From assembly GCA_002269645.1 (NCBI GenBank), contig NIVC01000268.1, positions 62,001 through 126,000 on the forward strand: a stretch of DNA of 64,000 nt, written 5' to 3'. The stretch comes from Macrostomum lignano. Taxonomy: Eukaryota. A model generated the notes under the pieces. It ran no database searches and had not been told where the DNA came from. It was given only the letters and a program-made list of their open reading frames with translations. Both the position numbers and the translations under genes were made by a program. This document shows, piece after piece, positions 63,091-64,000 of this stretch (position 1 is its first letter; each line of letters opens with the position of its first letter).

Positions 63091-63789
63091 TGCTAATCAT
63101 CACGGCAGGTGTCAAGAAGGTGTCACTTTGATCATTAGGAGGCGCCAATTCGGTTTTCAGTGGCTCTAAAACTAAAGAGTACAGCAGTCCTTCATCCAAA
63201 GTCCAAAACCAAATCGCACAAAGCATTTGCCCATGCCCCTTTAACAATCGATACTCGATACCAAATCGAATTCTCAAAAGTTCTTCTCACTTTTAACCGC
63301 GTCTGTTGGGTGTTTAAACAATTTTTTTTCTGTTTTCTCTGGAAGTTTTGCCAGCATTAGTATTCCAGTCTCCAACCCCAGGTTATTTAACACCGCCTCT
63401 CATTAAGGAGCGGCCGGTTTTCAATTTCCTCTCGAAAATCCCCCTGTCAGAACCTTGTTGAATTGGAATCCAACACTGCATCCTCTGACTGTATGGGGCG
63501 GGATAGCTATTAACGCGTGAAACTGGATTTCTACTCGTATGAGAGGGAAATTTTTGTCCCCAATAAGAAATCCCCTGCTATATACTCAGAATCGATTGCC
63601 AGTACCGCGTCTCCTCATCCTGGCTGCTGACTTGTCCGTTTTTTGCGCTTAATAAGTCAATTATGATGGGGGCGTCCTGCCTTTTTATTAGATAGTAGGA
63701 ATTCCGTCTTAGGAATTTGAAGGTAAACATTTAATCATCTTCTTAGAGATCGAACCTGTATGTGGGCTTATTTCATGTCAAATCAACCT

Positions 63790-64000
63790 ATGATTTTCGA
63801 TACTAGGGATCGAACCTAGGACCTTCAATAATAGAGATCTAACGTAGGACCTTCGTGCTAGAGATCGAATCCGGGACCTTTGATTCTAGAAATCGAACCT
63901 AGGACCTTCGATTCTAGAAATCAAACCTAGGACCTTCAATTTTAGAAATCAAACCTAGGACCTTTTATTCTAGAAATCGAACCTAGGACCTTTGATTCTA
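63790..64000. repeat. About 28-29-bp minisatellite (GAACCTAGGACCTTCGATTCTAGAAATC), runs off the window
   Basis: Direct repeats. Confidence 0.88.

Overview
Eukaryotic (animal) genomic DNA with GC-rich exons in AT-rich, satellite-filled introns and intergenic spacers. The gene style, RTE remnant and repeat load suggest a free-living flatworm such as Macrostomum lignano (inference, not verified). Six protein-coding genes could be assembled by hand, all on the + strand with GT-AG introns and consistent phases: ZW10 (7 exons, about 798 aa), an intronless aminergic class A GPCR (433 aa), GLMP/NCU-G1 (5 exons), RNASEK (99 aa), OST4 (37 aa, below the ORF-track threshold) and RBBP6 (7 exons including a 28-nt microexon, about 1362 aa). 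More than 25 distinct micro- and minisatellite arrays are present, and most long ORFs in the track are artefacts of them. Mobile DNA includes a tRNA-derived CORE-like SINE, a second SINE-like family (2 copies), a deleted RTE LINE fragment and a MITE with a 9-bp TSD. The most notable patterns are: a possible trans-spliced operon of small endomembrane genes, a private minisatellite in nearly every intron, arrays whose units carry transcription-factor motifs, and a 5-kb intronic block almost devoid of CpG.
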